From Phallusia mammillata (taxonomy: Eukaryota), in assembly GCA_965637545.1 (NCBI GenBank), contig OZ281495.1, forward strand, positions 22,692,001 through 22,756,000: a stretch of 64,000 nt of DNA, given 5' to 3'. Made by a program: the position numbers and the translations under genes. Shown piece after piece: positions 26,150 to 40,193 of the stretch (its first letter is position 1; the number at the start of each line of letters is the position of its first letter). The notes beneath the pieces are model-generated. The model made no database searches and was not told where the DNA came from. It was given only the letters and a program-made list of their open reading frames with translations.

Positions 26150-28212
26150 GACATAACATTGCGCATGTTTACATTTACATCTGCTTTGTAATTACATATT
26201 GCTAGCGCCTTTTTTTATTTCCCCGGTTTCTGTTTTATGTGACGTTGGTATTGAGTAAAACAGCTTTTGGGGTTTCCCTTTGGTATGTTGTATTTGGCTT
26301 GGTCTAAATATTTTTGTTATGTATATAAACTTATAACCTTTAGCACTTTAATCGGATGTAGATGTTTCTTTCTTTATTAGGTATATGTACTGTTAATACT
26401 ATTTGTAATATGGCATTTGTGTAAAAATTAATTCTTGTGTGCTTGTAAACGGCTTGATTTCAACAACTTTATTTACCGATGACATGTAATTAATGTACTG
26501 TCACATATGCTTTTCAGGTTGTAAAAACTTTTTTTCATTTTCCACAATAAATTACAATCCAGTCAATGGTCACGTTTTGTTTCCAACGAGTGATTTAAAA
26601 ACAACGTGAAAACAGACTAAGCACAGTGAAACGAACGCTCTCTTTAAACATCTTTCAAAATATGCTCGACAGCAGTCATGGTCTAAATACCGAAACAGTG
26701 TTTATTAGATACCCATTGAAATAAGGTTACAGGAACTTAAGACTTTTTAGAAGCGTTTTTTATACAAGCATTTTTTAATATTGTATTTTGTATTCACGAT
26801 TGTATTCACGTGATTAACACATCATACACGCAAATAGATAACAAGCTTTGTTAAACGGATGTGTGTTGTTTGCAATGAACTATTTTATGTCCCTGCTTTC
26901 AAAGGTTTTTTTGACGTTGGAAAAATGCTCAACTGTTTTTGCCGACAAAAAGTGAATTCGGTGCTTCCACATTACTAGAAAAAGTAGGTAAAATTGACAA
27001 GTTTAGCGGTTTACGGAGCAATCCATTGAATGTTTAGAGACGGTTGGGTATGTTGACCATACAAACCAGACAACTTACCTCGATCTGTGAAAAAACAACT
27101 TTCTCGCCCCCTTTTGAATACTGAACAAAGTTAATGAATGCCGCGTGATTGAGTGCTACTGACACTTTGTAACCAAAACTTTATTTTTTTGCTTACAATC
27201 AATGCAAACACTCGGCAATGCCTGTAGCACTGAAGCTTTTCCGGCAGGTATTCAAAAAACTAAACTAAAAAGCACAAACTGATTAGTTAACGCAGTACAC
27301 CTCCAGTAAAACAAATACTGTCGTTGATATTACTTTAAGTACATGGCTTCTAATTTGAAACTATAATACAGGATTATTAGAATTAATGTTGGATGAAGCT
27401 CGATTTTAGAAGCTGTGGTGGAGCTTTTTACGAACATTTTATCTACGAACAGTTATTTGTTTAGTTTTATTCTGACTGTGCATATGACGCGTCTCTAAAC
27501 AAAAACTATGATAAGGAGCTTCACTAACGCGACAAAACCAAGAAAGCCAAGCCTGTGAGAAGCGACATAAGCGCAATTGATTTAAAATTGTTGTTTTGAG
27601 CCTGATTGCGTTTCTTTTAGGCATGAAGTGCCGGATACTGCACATTGTGCTTATTTCTGCGCGCGGTTCAAGAGTTATTTTATACAACTATTTTTTTCAC
27701 ATTGACCAAGATTTGTGCTCAAACTGTAAACGCAGTAATCCAGTGGTTCTTAACCGGTGGGAAATTTCCCACTAGTGGAAAATTTCAATGTTTTCAGGGA
27801 GAAATTATGTAAGTCGGGTAACCAAACTCGGGCTCGTGGGTCGAATCCGGCTTTGAATTAACCGTTGAAAGTACTTTACTAATTTTCTTCCGCAATAACA
27901 TGTAAGATTAATTTCACCAAGGTTAACAAGACACATACAAATCCAAAGGCCGTTTGTTACATCACAGATAAGACTAAAAGTATCAATGACTTTGCTATTT
28001 TGCCAATAAAAACCTTCCCTTGGTTCATTGTGATGCAATAAATGACTAATGCACGCAGAGAAGACCAGCCTACTTAATGTTCCAAAAAGTGTAACCTCTC
28101 ACAGAAGCACTATTTAAACTAAATACGATTGCAGTAAACCTTTTAGGTGAAGACCAAATCGCTTTACGAGATTATTTCATTTAAAGATTAATTATTTTTT
28201 GTTAACGTAGGG

Positions 28213-28515
28213 CAGTGGTTCTCAACTTTTTAAGTAAGTTTTGGGACCGGTAAACTTTCTAAACAAATTTTGCGGACCGGTGGACTTTCAAAATCTACCC
28301 AAAAAGCAATTACGACAAAAATATGCAATTCAAAAGTAGTATGAAAAATTCAATTTCATGAGAAGTTTGCTGCTGTCTGTTTGATATCATACGTGTTAAA
28401 CGCGGTTCTTTGAGATATAAAAAAATTAAATTGAGATGCAAAATTGTAATAGATTTGGCGAACCAGCGGGAATGTTGACGCGGACCGGTCGCGGATCGGC
28501 GGTTGAGAACCGCTG
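28213..28515 (+). mobile_element. hAT-type MITE
   Basis: TIRs CAGTGGTTCTCAAC / GTTGAGAACCGCTG and TSD ACGTAGGG. Confidence 0.9.
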
Positions 28516-31500
28516 ACGTAGGGCACAAAACATCTCAGACCGGGCGTAAGCCAATGCAAAAACGTTTGGAACAACTCACATTAAGCGTCAGGAAGCCTAC
28601 ATCTACAAAAGCAAGTATGACTTCCACACATACAGGTATTCATTAATCGAACAAAACAACCAACCAAAATCCTTTTCTGCAAACCTAACACTTAGTACAT
28701 TTATTGCGCAATAAACCAATACGGTTTCCCACAGTATCGCAATTATGTGAACCACCATAGAGTTGGCTGTTTGCATTTCTTGTAGAACAAGCGTTGCTCT
28801 GTTACTCAATTGAATTGGATAACTGTCATTGCAGGATTTACCACCTTAATTTAAATATGCAGTCCGGCAGCTTTTACGTCAAAGAGCCTATACTTTTGGT
28901 CAGAGTCAACTTTGTAATGTTTCTCGTTTATTCATAAAAACAGAATTTTTTTAAATTGGAGTCTTGTGGTATCCAAATGTTATTAAAAAAATGTGTAATA
29001 AACGGATATTTGGTTCAACCTAGTTTTTGATTTTTGCTACATAAGCTGGGTTAGAAACAAAATTCAATAATAAACAAGAGTTACAATACGACTTTTTCAA
29101 CAATACGACTTTTTCAGACTTATAAATTGCATGGCGTAATTGCATTTACGTCGTAGTTACAAACATTTGAAATATTTATGTTTAATGGCTTTCTTTTTTA
29201 TTATTATTATTATTTTACAACAATCAGACGACAGCCGGAAACTGAAAACTGTCCTTTGTCGTGTCACCATAGAGGAAAAGCGAATGAACAGGCTAAATGT
29301 CAAAAGATCGGTAGCAGAAATCAAAGTCTATATTACATGCACGCAAATTTTTGTGAACGGGACGAAATAATGACAGTGTGTGAGCGTGTGTAAGAAACAA
29401 ATGTTGCCTGATATGCAAAAAGGGAAAAGTGCCTGGGATTAATATTGAGTGGGCTATGGTTAAGTCGAAGCATGCAATGAAGGGCAGTTGTCTTAGGACA
29501 AAAGCCATGATGTAAGGTTCTGACGGGATGCGTAAAGAATAGTTTGGTAATTTTCTTGTGCAATAAACTATAGAAATGCAAGAGTTTTCTTTTTTTCTCT
29601 CTTTTACAATAATATTTAACAACTTTAACTAGAACAATGCTTTAAAGCAGAGCTTATTAACCATTCATCCAACTTTCTACACCGTGTGAACATGCCTTCA
29701 AATTAAAACTACGGTGAAAAATAATAGAATAGTAAGAATTTATTTGGTTTCATAGTTTGTTTGTGGAAATATAAAACATAGTTTGTTTGTGGAACTCTAG
29801 ATGAACTGCTCCCATTGGTCTGTTTCATACAAGAGAGGTTTGTCAAAGGAATTACGAGTTGTTTTGTTCAGACGTTTCTACCTGATCTGTGCCTGGGTGT
29901 TGTGACAACTTTGCAAGTCGGTGTCATGAAACACGGCCTATTATTTTATTGAGAAGGCTCGTATCTGTTTTCAGCGAGAATATAATTCTGCGTTGCCTTC
30001 CTTTAAACACACGTTAGTTTTGTTGAAACTTTGCGTGCGTTTTATTGGAGGTTGAACAGCGACCTGACTCTTGAATTAGATATCCCCCGCGACGGTTTAT
30101 CTAATCACCTGATATACGGTTGGAATGGAATGAAAACGCTAGAGTGTTGTGTTTTTTTTTGATTGACCAATGGCAGATAAGCAACAGCGTCGCTGCGACA
30201 ATAAACTACAACAGTAACTATGACAACGCAGGTGTTGATTAAACAAAACAACTATACATTGTAAAATAATCTTTTGTTGAAAATGCTTCAATTTAGCGCA
30301 GCGCATTTGGAGAGTCGTAAACAAACTATGATTCTTAATTTTCCACAGGGGTGGTCGTTCACATTCCATCATAAACAAACATTGCTTTGTTATGTGGAAT
30401 GCAACAATGGCCACAACCAAAGAATTTGAAACGCTGCAGGGTTGTGGTTTTTTTGGATCGACCAATGGCAGATAAGCAACAGCGTCACTGCGACACCGAG
30501 CTACAAAAACATACCTTTGTAATAGTACCTTTTGTTTAAAATGCACCAAAAAGCGCAGTGGGTTTGGAGTGCCAAAAACAAACCATTTCAGCGAGTAAAC
30601 ACTTCTGAGTTGCCTTAGTCCAAACACACGCTATTTTGTTGAAAGCTTTAATTTCGTTTGTGGAATATTAAACAGTGACCTGTCTCTGTTGTGTATTTTT
30701 TAGGATCGACCAATAGCAGATGAGCAACAGCGTCACTGAGATACAAAAGTAACTATACGGCAACGCGGATATTGGAATGATTAAACAACAATACCTTTGT
30801 AAAAGAATCTTCTGTTGAAAATTCACCTAAAAGCGCAGTTCATTTGAAGTGCCATAAACAAACTATGTTTTACAATACCCCCACGGTGGTGAATTCTTTA
30901 TAAACAAGAATTGCTTTGTTATTTTGGAATGGATCAATGTCTTCCATTTGTTATGGTGAAAGTGTATCACAATGATTCCCAACCTTGAGTTTGTTGATTG
31001 ATTTCGGACGATACGTAAAACTTTTCCAAAAAGTTTATAAAAACTAACTGTTAAAACTTTGTATATTTGTTGTTGTAGGGTTTTGAATCGTTACCTGATA
31101 TGGTCAAGATCTGATCAAAACTTTATACAGAGCAGTTATATTCCCAATATTACATAAATGAACTAAGGCAAATGCTTAAGTTGGTACTTGGCTGCTTTTC
31201 TGGTTGGGAAAGTCGTTGAATAAAAACACGCAACTTTATCTCTTTTTGATAAGACTTCTCTCTAGCGCTACAAGTGTCAAAATTAGCAGTTCAGGTGATT
31301 GACTCAGCACTATGGCATGATATTTAGATAAACACCGAAGTACTTTAACGCAGCCGCTTCTAATTGTCACAAACATTTGTTTTAAAAAAGATTTAAGTTT
31401 GTCCTGGCTTTTAATTTTAGCACACTGCATAGCGAAACGGCAGCACTTTAGTTTTTCTCGCCCAAAGTGCCATATTGTTTCTTTTTTCATGCATATATAC

Positions 31501-34500
31501 AAGCGGTTTTAGTATTTTTTTTTGTTGACTTAAGATTGAACACTTGCTAGTTCGCTGAAAGACTGCGTTTTTGCTAAAGGTAAAACAGTGACCTGACTCT
31601 TGAATGGTTGGCATGAATTCAAAGCGCTGCAAGGTTGTGTTATTTTAGAGTTTTAGACCTACCATTGGTGGATAAGCAACAGCGTCACTCCGACACCGAG
31701 CTACAAATAAGTTTGTGAAAAAATCTTTCATTCAAAAAGCACCAATAAGCGTAGTGCATCTGGAGTGCCAAGCACACTATATGTCAGCGAGTAAACACTG
31801 CCGCTTTGTTTTGTCAAAAAACACGCTATAGCTTTGTTCAAAGCTAAGATGGCATTTGTTGAAGGGTAAACAGTGACCTGACTGTTGTGCGTTTTTTTCA
31901 GAATCTAGCAATAGCAGGTAAGCAACAGCGTTACTGGGATACAAAATTTACTACGACGCAGTAGAGGTTGATTAAACGGAACAACAATACCTTTGTAAAA
32001 GAATCTTTTGTTAAAAATGCTGACATAAGCACAGTGCATTTCAAGTGCAATTGACGAACTACGTTTTTCAATTTCACACAGTGTTCTTTCCGAGTGGAAC
32101 AATGGTCACAACCAATCATCACGATAGATAGATATTGGCAAGTTTAGCAGTTCACCAAGCAATCTATTGAAATTTAAAGACGGTTGGGAGTTTTTTTTTT
32201 GTTGACAAAACAAACCAGACAACTCACGTCGGTCTCTAAAAATCAACTCTCTCGCCCTCTTTGAAACCAATTGAATAAAGGTAATTAACACCGCTTGATT
32301 AAGTGCTACCGACACTTCGTTTATCAAGCATTTTTATGGCGATGGTGAAAATCATTTTTTAAAAAAAACTCTCCAAATGAACACCGTGGTAACGAGCTTG
32401 TCTAACGAGATAAAATTCAAGCCCATGCGTAGCGGCATAATACGTAATTTAGTTCAAATTGCAATTTCCGTGTTGTTTTAAGCTAGATTGCTTTTCTTTT
32501 ACATTTCACGTGCCCGTTATGTTGCAATTTGTGGTACAAGATTTTTTTTCTCATTTCAGTTTTGTCCACATTTACCATGATTTACGCTTGTAATGTAAAA
32601 AACGGTAGGGTCAAAATTAAAAATATGCTGATGAGTTGTACAAATTCCGTCCTTTAAACTAAATCCAGACAATTAAGCGCAGTGTGGGGATTCATTTTGT
32701 TGACAAAACAAACGAGACAACTCCAGTGAAAACATGATAAAAAGCAACCTTATCTGCCTCTTTAAAACGTTCTCTTTTGAAAAAGTTAATTACCACAACG
32801 TAGTTTATTGCTCCCCTCAGTGTATGTTTCCAATATAATTATTGTTACAATGAAAATCGATTCGGTTGACACAAAGTTGCGCTTTACACAAAAGCGGGAA
32901 AGACATTTCAATCGAATAAAAATAAACATTGAGCAATGCGTAAAATGTATGTAAAAAGTGTTTTGAAAGGCAACCACATATTTCAGAATAGTTTCTTGAA
33001 AGCTTCACACGGGTATTCTAAGAGTTATTCCAGATTTTTACCTTCAACGAAAAGCTTTTCGAACAACTCACAATACGCGATATTCCATGAATCGAAGAAA
33101 ACAACTAGCAAATCCTTTTGTTTTTAACCGATTAAAATATAGTGCATTTGGAGTGCCATTAATAAAGTTTTCACATGCGTAAAGTTTGGTCCATCATGAG
33201 CAAGAATTCAACGGTTTTTGTTTCTACACGAAAACAGAATACTTTTTAATTCCAATCATGTATTATCCAAATATTGTCCGTTACAACTCGTGGACAATAA
33301 ATGGATGTTTAGTTCAAGCTTTATATCGGATTTTGATGCATAGGCTGCGTTACAATTAACATTCAACGAAAAACAAAACAATGTATCAAATGTTTACCCT
33401 TCCACAAGCCCTGTTGGGGTGGCTTCAAATTACGGTGGAAAATACAAAATTGTAATAATTCTATTAGTTTTACTAAACCGTGATAAAAGTAGTTTGTTTG
33501 TGGAACCCTAGAGGAACTGCGCTCATTGGTCTGTTTCAGAACAGATAGTGTTATCAAACGATTTGTTTGTTGTTTTAATTCATTCTTTTCCTCTACATTC
33601 CGTGTCTGAATGTTGTGACCACTGTGTGAAACACCAATTGTTTGTTGAAAAGACCTGTTTGTGTTTTTAACAAATAAATAATTCTGCTTTGCCGTAGTCT
33701 GAACACACGCTAGTTTGTTGAAAGTCAGTTTTTGTTTAAGGTTAAACCGTAGCCTGACTCTAGAACGGTTGGTATGGACTCAAAACCCTGCAGGGTTGTG
33801 TTATTTGCCCGACTATTAACACAACGTAGTTTATTGCTACCCACTGTGTATGTTTCCAATACCAATTATTGTTATCACGAAAATCGCAATAGCTTTCATC
33901 GATAAAAATGACCATTAAGCAATGCGCAAAATGTGTGTGAAAAGTGTTTTGAAGGGCAATCACTCATATAAATATAGGTGCTTGGAAGTTTCACGCGTGT
34001 ATTTGATCTAATAGTCATTCCAATGTTTAACCTTCAACAAAAACGTTTGGAACGACTCACATCAACCGCCAGTCTACAAACGCAAGTATGGTTTTTGCGA
34101 TACCGTGGGAAACCGTACATCTACAAAAGCAAGTATGGTTTCACACATCCAGGTATTCCATATATCGAACAATCAACCAGCCAAATTCTTCGTCTGCAAA
34201 CCTATAAAAACTTAGTACATTTAGAGTGCAATAAACCAATACGGTTTCCCACGGTATCGCAATTATGTGAATCCCCATAGAGTTGGCTGTTTGCATTTCT
34301 TGAAGAACAAGCGTTGCTCTGTTACACTCAACTGAATTGGGTAACTGTCATTGCTTGATTTACCACCTTAATTTAAATAAACAAATCTGCAGTTTTCACG
34401 TCAGAAAGCCTACTTTTGGTCATAGTAATGTTGTTCGTTTATTCATGAAAACAGAATTCTGTTTAATTGGAGTCTTGTGGTATCCAAATGTTGTACCAAA

Positions 34501-34849
34501 TATGTCAAATAAACAGATGGGTTAAAAGCAAAATTCAATGAAAAACAAAAGTTTTGTCTTTCTAAAGAATAGTACGACTTTTTCAGACTTATAAATTGCA
34601 TAGCGTATGATTGCATTTGCGTCGTGGTTACTAATATATTTGAAATATTTATGATGAATAGCTTTCTTTTTTATGATTATTATTATTTTACGACAATCAG
34701 ACGACAGTCCGGAAACTGAAAACTGTCCTTCGTCGTGTCACCATACGAGAAATAAGCGTATGTTTCAGATAAAGGATAGTCGATAATAATAGTAAACAAA
34801 AGAGGAAAAGCGAACGAAAGAGGCTAAATGTCCAAAGATCTGCAGCAGA

Positions 34850-35225
34850 AATCAAAATATATTACGTGCACAAAAATATTTATGAGCAGCATGGAATAAT
34901 GACAGTGTTTGAGTGTCTGTTAAATCAGGATGACCAAATAGCAAAAAACGAATAATTTCACCAGGAGAAAGAATGGAAAAGAATGATGCGTTTAACTTAG
35001 CATTTTCCGTCAGAATATTCGAAACAGTAGAGAACAAAATAGCCTGAGGACGAACCAATTGTGGACAAATGAGAAACAAATGTTGCATGGTTTCTACGAG
35101 CTGACATGCACAAGGACAAAAGTGCCTGGGATTGATATTGAGTGGCCTATGGTTAAGTCGAAGCATGCAATGAAGGGCAGTTGTCTTAGGACAAGAGCCA
35201 TACCTATGTAAGGTTCTGACTGGAT
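34850..35225 (-). mobile_element. 5'-truncated LINE ORF2 3' end with C-terminal CCHC-like motif; internally deleted copy at ~29330-29535
   Basis: Reads GSCPKTTALHCMLRLNHRPLN...CPCACQLVETMQHLFLICP...LLFGHPDL...FHAAHKYF, matching the LRL..LN / CxC..ETxxH..CP / LLFG C-terminal pattern of LINE ORF2 proteins. Confidence 0.7.
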
Positions 35226-37460
35226 GCGTGAAGAAACAATGTGGACATTTCCTCTAATTAAAACCACCGTGAAAAATATTAGAATTGTAAGATTTCATTT
35301 GGTTTAAAAAACTATGTAAAACCGCAATAACAATGAAAACATAGTTTGTTTGTGCAACTCCAGATCAACTGCTCCCATTGGTCTGTTTCATACAAGAGGC
35401 TTGTCGAAGGAATTACGAGTTGTTTTGTTCAATCGTGTCAAATACCTGAACTGTGCCTAGGTGTTGTGACAACTTTGTAGGTCGGTGTCGTGAAACACGG
35501 CCTATTCATTTATTGAAAAGGCTCGTATCTGTTTTCAGCGAGAATATAATTCTGCGTTGCCTTCCTTTAAACACATGTTAGTTTTGTTGAAAGCTTTGCG
35601 TGCGTATTATTGGGGGTTGAACAGTGACCTGACTCTTGAATTAGATACTCCTGCGACGGTTTATCTAATCACTTGATATACGGTTGGAATGGAATGAAAA
35701 CGCTAGAGTGTTGTGTTTTTTTGGATTGACCAATGGAAGATAAGCAACAGCGTCGCTGCGACACTAAACTACAAACGTAACTATGACAACGCAGGTGTTG
35801 ATTAAACCGAAGAACAATACCTTTGTGAAAGTATCCTTTGTTGAAAATGCTTTAATAATTAAGCGCAGCGCATTTGGAGAGCCGTAAAGAAATTATGTTG
35901 CTCAATTTCCCACAGCTGGCGGTCGTTCACATTCCATCATTAACAAACATTGCTTTGTGTTATTGTCGAATGCAACAATGGTTACAACCAAAAAATTCGA
36001 AACGCTGCAAGGTTGTGTTGTTTTTAGATCGACCGATGGCAGATAAGCAACAGCGTCACTGCGACACCAAGCTACAAAAAAGACCTTTGTAATAGTATCT
36101 TTTGTTTAAAATGCACCAATAAGCGCAGTGGATTTGGAGTGCCTGGGATACAAAATTAACTACGACACAGCAGAGGTTAATTAAACCGAACAACAACACC
36201 TTTGTAAAAGAATCTTTTGTTTATTATTCACCAATAAGCACAGTACATTTGAAGTGCCATTAACGAACTACGTTTTCCAATTTCCCACAGTGTTCTTTCT
36301 GAGCGGAACAATGGTCACAATCAATCATCACGATAGATATACAACAGCAAAGACAAACTAAGGAAATTAAACCAAATTGCCAATGGTTATTTTCAAAAGA
36401 GTTTCTTTTTTTGTTTCACTTCATGTGAAACAAACCGTCTATTCAAAAATAACAAAAATAATAATAATTTGGATTTTTGTCTAACACGCAACGCTAGAGT
36501 GTTGTGTTTTTTGGATTGACCAATGGAAGATAAGCAACAGCGTCGCTGCGACACTAAACTACAAACGTAACTATGACAACGCAGGTGTTGATTAAACCGA
36601 AGAACAATACCTTTGTGAAAGTATCCTTTGTTGAAAATGCTTTAATAATTAAGCGCAGCGCATTTGGAGAGCCGTAAAGAAATTATGTTGCTCAATTTCC
36701 CACAGCTGGCGGTCGTTCACATTCCATCATTAACAAACATTGCTTTGTGTTATTGTCGAATGCAACAATGGTTACAACCAAAAAATTCGAAACGCTGCAA
36801 GGTTGTGTTGTTTTTTAGATCGACCAATGGCAGATAAGCAACAGCGTCACTGCGACACCAAGCTACAAAAAAGACCTTTGTAATAGTATCTTTTGTTTAA
36901 AATGCACCAATAAGCGCAGTGGATTTGGAGTGCCATAAACAAACTATTTCGGCGAGTAAACACTTCTGCGTTGCCTTAGGCTAAACACACGCTATTTTTT
37001 TGAAAGCTTCGATTTCGTTTGTGGAAGGTTAAACAGTGACCTGCCTCTGTTGTGTGTTTTTTGGGGATCGACCAATGGCAGATGAGCAATAGCGTCACTG
37101 AGATACAAACGTAACTATGACGACGCAGCTGTTGATTAAATTAAACAACAATACCTTCGTAAAAAAATCCTTTGTTAAAAAATTCACCAATAAGCGCAGT
37201 TCATTTAGAGTGCCATACACAAACTATGTTTTCCAATACCCCACAGTGGTGGCCGTTCGCATTCCATCATCAATAAGAATTGCTGTGTTATTGCCGAATG
37301 GAACCATGGTCACTAAATATTAACCTAAGTTACTTTTTTATTGGGTATTTTCGCAGGTTTATTAAATTGGGTTTATGTCTACATTCTTGTAATACAAACC
37401 GTGTTTTTTTCAAAAAATTTAAATGTGGTTTATGGTTTCACTGTGCTGTCTAGATACAAG

Positions 37461-38108
37461 CAGTGGCGTAGCAGCCACTTGGCGGTTCTGGCTCTGCGCC
37501 AGGGGCGGCAGGCTGCAAGGGGGCGGCAAAATGACTTACGTTTTTAACGTTTTTTTATGTACAAAAGGAAATTTTATCAGGATTCTGAATCAGTAAGCCT
37601 TTTTTCATAATTTAAATTATTTATTTGTCAATACTCACTTCAAATGAGGCACCTAAAACCTTCAGGGGCACCCCCAGTTGTAAAGCACACAGAACCTGGT
37701 TGTCTCTTACAAACACAAGTCCCTAGAGGAAAAAAAAATAACTCAAACAGCTAGATTCAACCATTTCCTAAAGGGGTTCGCTGGAGCGAGAAACTGATCT
37801 TTGTTTTTCTGGGGAATTCAGTATCAGTGAGATTGTGGTATGAGAAGGTGTTGCTCTTCGTGCTAGGAATTGTTCGAGCTAGAAAAAGCTTTGCTCATGA
37901 TTATATTTTTTTTTATTTTTGGCCTTAACGCTGAGACAGTGAGGCTTCTTTCTCGAGCAATATATAACTTCTGAGACGCGACACTTTGTAATTATTTTTA
38001 TTGAAAAGATTGCTTGAACTTGAAACTATTTCAAAGTTTGCTGCAGTCTACTTAGGGTGGCATTTTTAACGAATGCCAGGGGCGGCAGCATATGCTCCTA
38101 CGCCACTG
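37461..38108 (+). mobile_element. hAT-type MITE (different TIR family)
   Basis: TIRs CAGTGGCGTAG / CTACGCCACTG and TSD GATACAAG. Confidence 0.9.
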
Positions 38109-38633
38109 GATACAAGACACTTTTAGCTTCGTTTTAAAAACGCATTCTCTTCCTTTGCTTTAAACATTGTGTAAATACACTAGCAATCATCATGATAACA
38201 ATCAACAACAAATATTTTGTTTTTTTATGTCAAATTTTTATTTATAGCTTTGGGTTCGAAAAGTAATAACTAATAAATGCAAATATACTAAAAGCATTGT
38301 ATCGAATGTGCCAATGCAACTTTTTCTCAAAAAGGATGGTTACTTTACCCTGTTCTAAATTTGTGAAATGTGTTGCTTTTTTATATTAGTTTTTCGAGGT
38401 TTCGTTTGTTATAGTGAAAGTGTATCACAATTATTTCCAACCTTGAGTTTGTTGATTGATTTCAAACGAAACCTAAAACGTGGAAGTTTATAAAAACTAA
38501 CTGTTAAAACTTTGTAGATTTGTTGTTGTAGGGTTTTAAAGTCTTCACCTGATGTTAAAGAACTGATCAACACTTTATACAAAGTAGTTATATTCCCAAT
38601 ATTACATAAATGAACTAAGGCAAATGCTTAAGT

Positions 38634-38931
38634 CAGGGGTTTCCAACCTGTGGTACGAAGGTTTTTCAGGTGGTACGAGAGTAGCTTTCGTGTTTTGCAC
38701 AACAACCTGGATTAACATCTTTATCATATATTTATCTGGTTTTGTTGACCAATTGGTTGACAGTAAACAAAGAATTCAATTTAGTTGTGGTGCTTTAGTG
38801 TTACGTTAGTAGGCCAATATTATTCTTCGAAATAAACATTCGATCAAATTAGCTGTTCTGTACAAAGTGGTACGCGTGACAGTACGGAGCGTCCAAGTGG
38901 TACGAGATCGCAAAAAGATTGGGAACCCTGG
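38634..38931 (+). mobile_element. hAT-type MITE with a paralogous empty site
   Basis: CAGGGGTTTCCAAC ... TTGGGAACCCTGG with TSD GCTTAAGT. The duplicated copy at ~31165 has a single GCTTAAGT and no insert. Confidence 0.9.
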
Positions 38932-39937
38932 GCTTAAGTTGTTACTTGGCTGCTTTTCTGGTTGAGAAAGTCGTTGAATAAAAACACCAAACTTTATCGC
39001 TTTTTGCTAAGACTGTTCTCTAGCGCTACAAGTGGCAAAATTTGGCAGTTCAGGTGATTGACTCTGCACTATGGCTTGATGACAAACATGGAAATATTTT
39101 AACGCAGAAGTGTCACAAACATTTGTTTAAAAAAAAATTACGTCTGTCCTGGCAATTTTTGCACACTGCATAGGGAAACGGCAGCACTTTAGCCATTAGC
39201 GCCTAAAGAGCCATGTTGTTTAGTTTTTTATGCATATATACAAGAAAGACTGCGTTTTTACTAAAGGTGAAACAGTGACCTGACTCTTGAATGGTTGGCA
39301 TGAATTCAAAGCGCTCCACGGTTGTGTTATTTTAGAGTTTTAGACCTACCATTGGCGGACAAGCTACAGCGTCACTCCGAAAAACCTTTCATTTAAAATT
39401 GGACCAATGAGCGTAGTGAATCTGGAGTGCCATAAGCAAACAATGTCAGCGAGTAAACACTGCAGCTTTGTCTTGTTAAACGCTATAGCTTTTTTCAAAA
39501 CTTAGATTGCTTTGTTGAAGGGCAAACAGTGACCTGACTCTGTTGTGGTTTGTTTTTTCAGAATCTAGCAATAGCAGGTAAGCAACAGCGTTACTGGGAT
39601 ACAAAATTAACTACGACACAGCAGAGGTTAATTAAACCGAACAACAACACCTTTGTAAAAGAATCTTTTGTTTATTATTCACCAATAAGCACAGTACATT
39701 TGAAGTGCCATTAACGAACTACGTTTTCCAATTTCCCACAGTGTTCTTTCTGAGCGGAACAATGGTCACAATCAATCATCACGATAGATATACAACAGCA
39801 AAGACAAACTAAGGAAATGAAACCAAATTGCCAATGGTTATTTTCAAAAGAGTTTCTTTTTTTGTTTCACTTCGTGTGAAACAAACCGTCTATTCAAAAA
39901 TAACAAAAATAATAATAATTTGGATTTTTGTCTAACA

Positions 39938-40193
39938 CAGGGGTGTGCAACCTTTGTTACTGTCGGGCCAAATACAACAGCCAAAAGTAGATCGCGGGGT
40001 AAAATTCGCATTCGAATCCAGTCACATATTGCCTGGTCGCAGAAAAATAGTATCGGGCGCATTAATTTGCTCAAAAATATATAATAGTTGGACTCGTTTG
40101 TCAGTCAATTTAAAATTCAAGCGTCTCTGCGGGCCGCACAACCTTTTTTTAAGGGCCGCATTTGGCCCGCGGGCCGCAGGTTGCACACTCCTG
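39938..40193 (+). mobile_element. hAT-type MITE
   Basis: TIRs CAGGGGTGTGCAACC / GGTTGCACACTCCTG and TSD GTCTAACA/GTCTAAAA (1 mismatch). Confidence 0.85.

Larger units (their letters stand above)
28560..39790. repeat. Nested segmental duplication (~28560-32130 vs ~34120-39790, plus partial copies in 32-34 kb)
   Basis: Co-linear matches, e.g. 28590-28980 vs 34125-34495, 29700-30330 vs 35250-35900, and 30940-32120 vs 38400-39780. Near-identical internal duplications at 35700-36140 vs 36490-36930 and 36145-36488 vs 39595-39937. Confidence 0.85.
30140..39790 (+). repeat. Array of a ~190-bp core repeat (GACCAATGGCAGATAAGCAACAGCGTCACTG...) with alternating tails
   Basis: Head motif at approximately 30165, 30460, 30708, 31661, 31906, 35728, 36031, 36518, 36822, 37070, 39350 and 39566; further copies at 45319, 48613, 55552 and a partial one at 58420. 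Confidence 0.85.

Noticed and set aside
30139-30627. 162-aa minus-strand ORF across repeat monomers
   Set aside because: No recognisable domain, and the frame is not conserved in the paralogous copies.
31902-31917. Apparent micro-exon TTTCAG|AATCTAGCAATAGCAG|GTAAGC in the core repeat (also 39562-39577)
   Set aside because: Only 2 of ~15 monomers have GT (the consensus is ATAAGC), 16 nt is not frame-preserving, and no host gene is evident.
30140-39790. Regularly recurring motif suggesting a CRISPR-like array
   Set aside because: Eukaryotic context, long homologous monomers rather than short repeats with unique spacers, and no cas genes.
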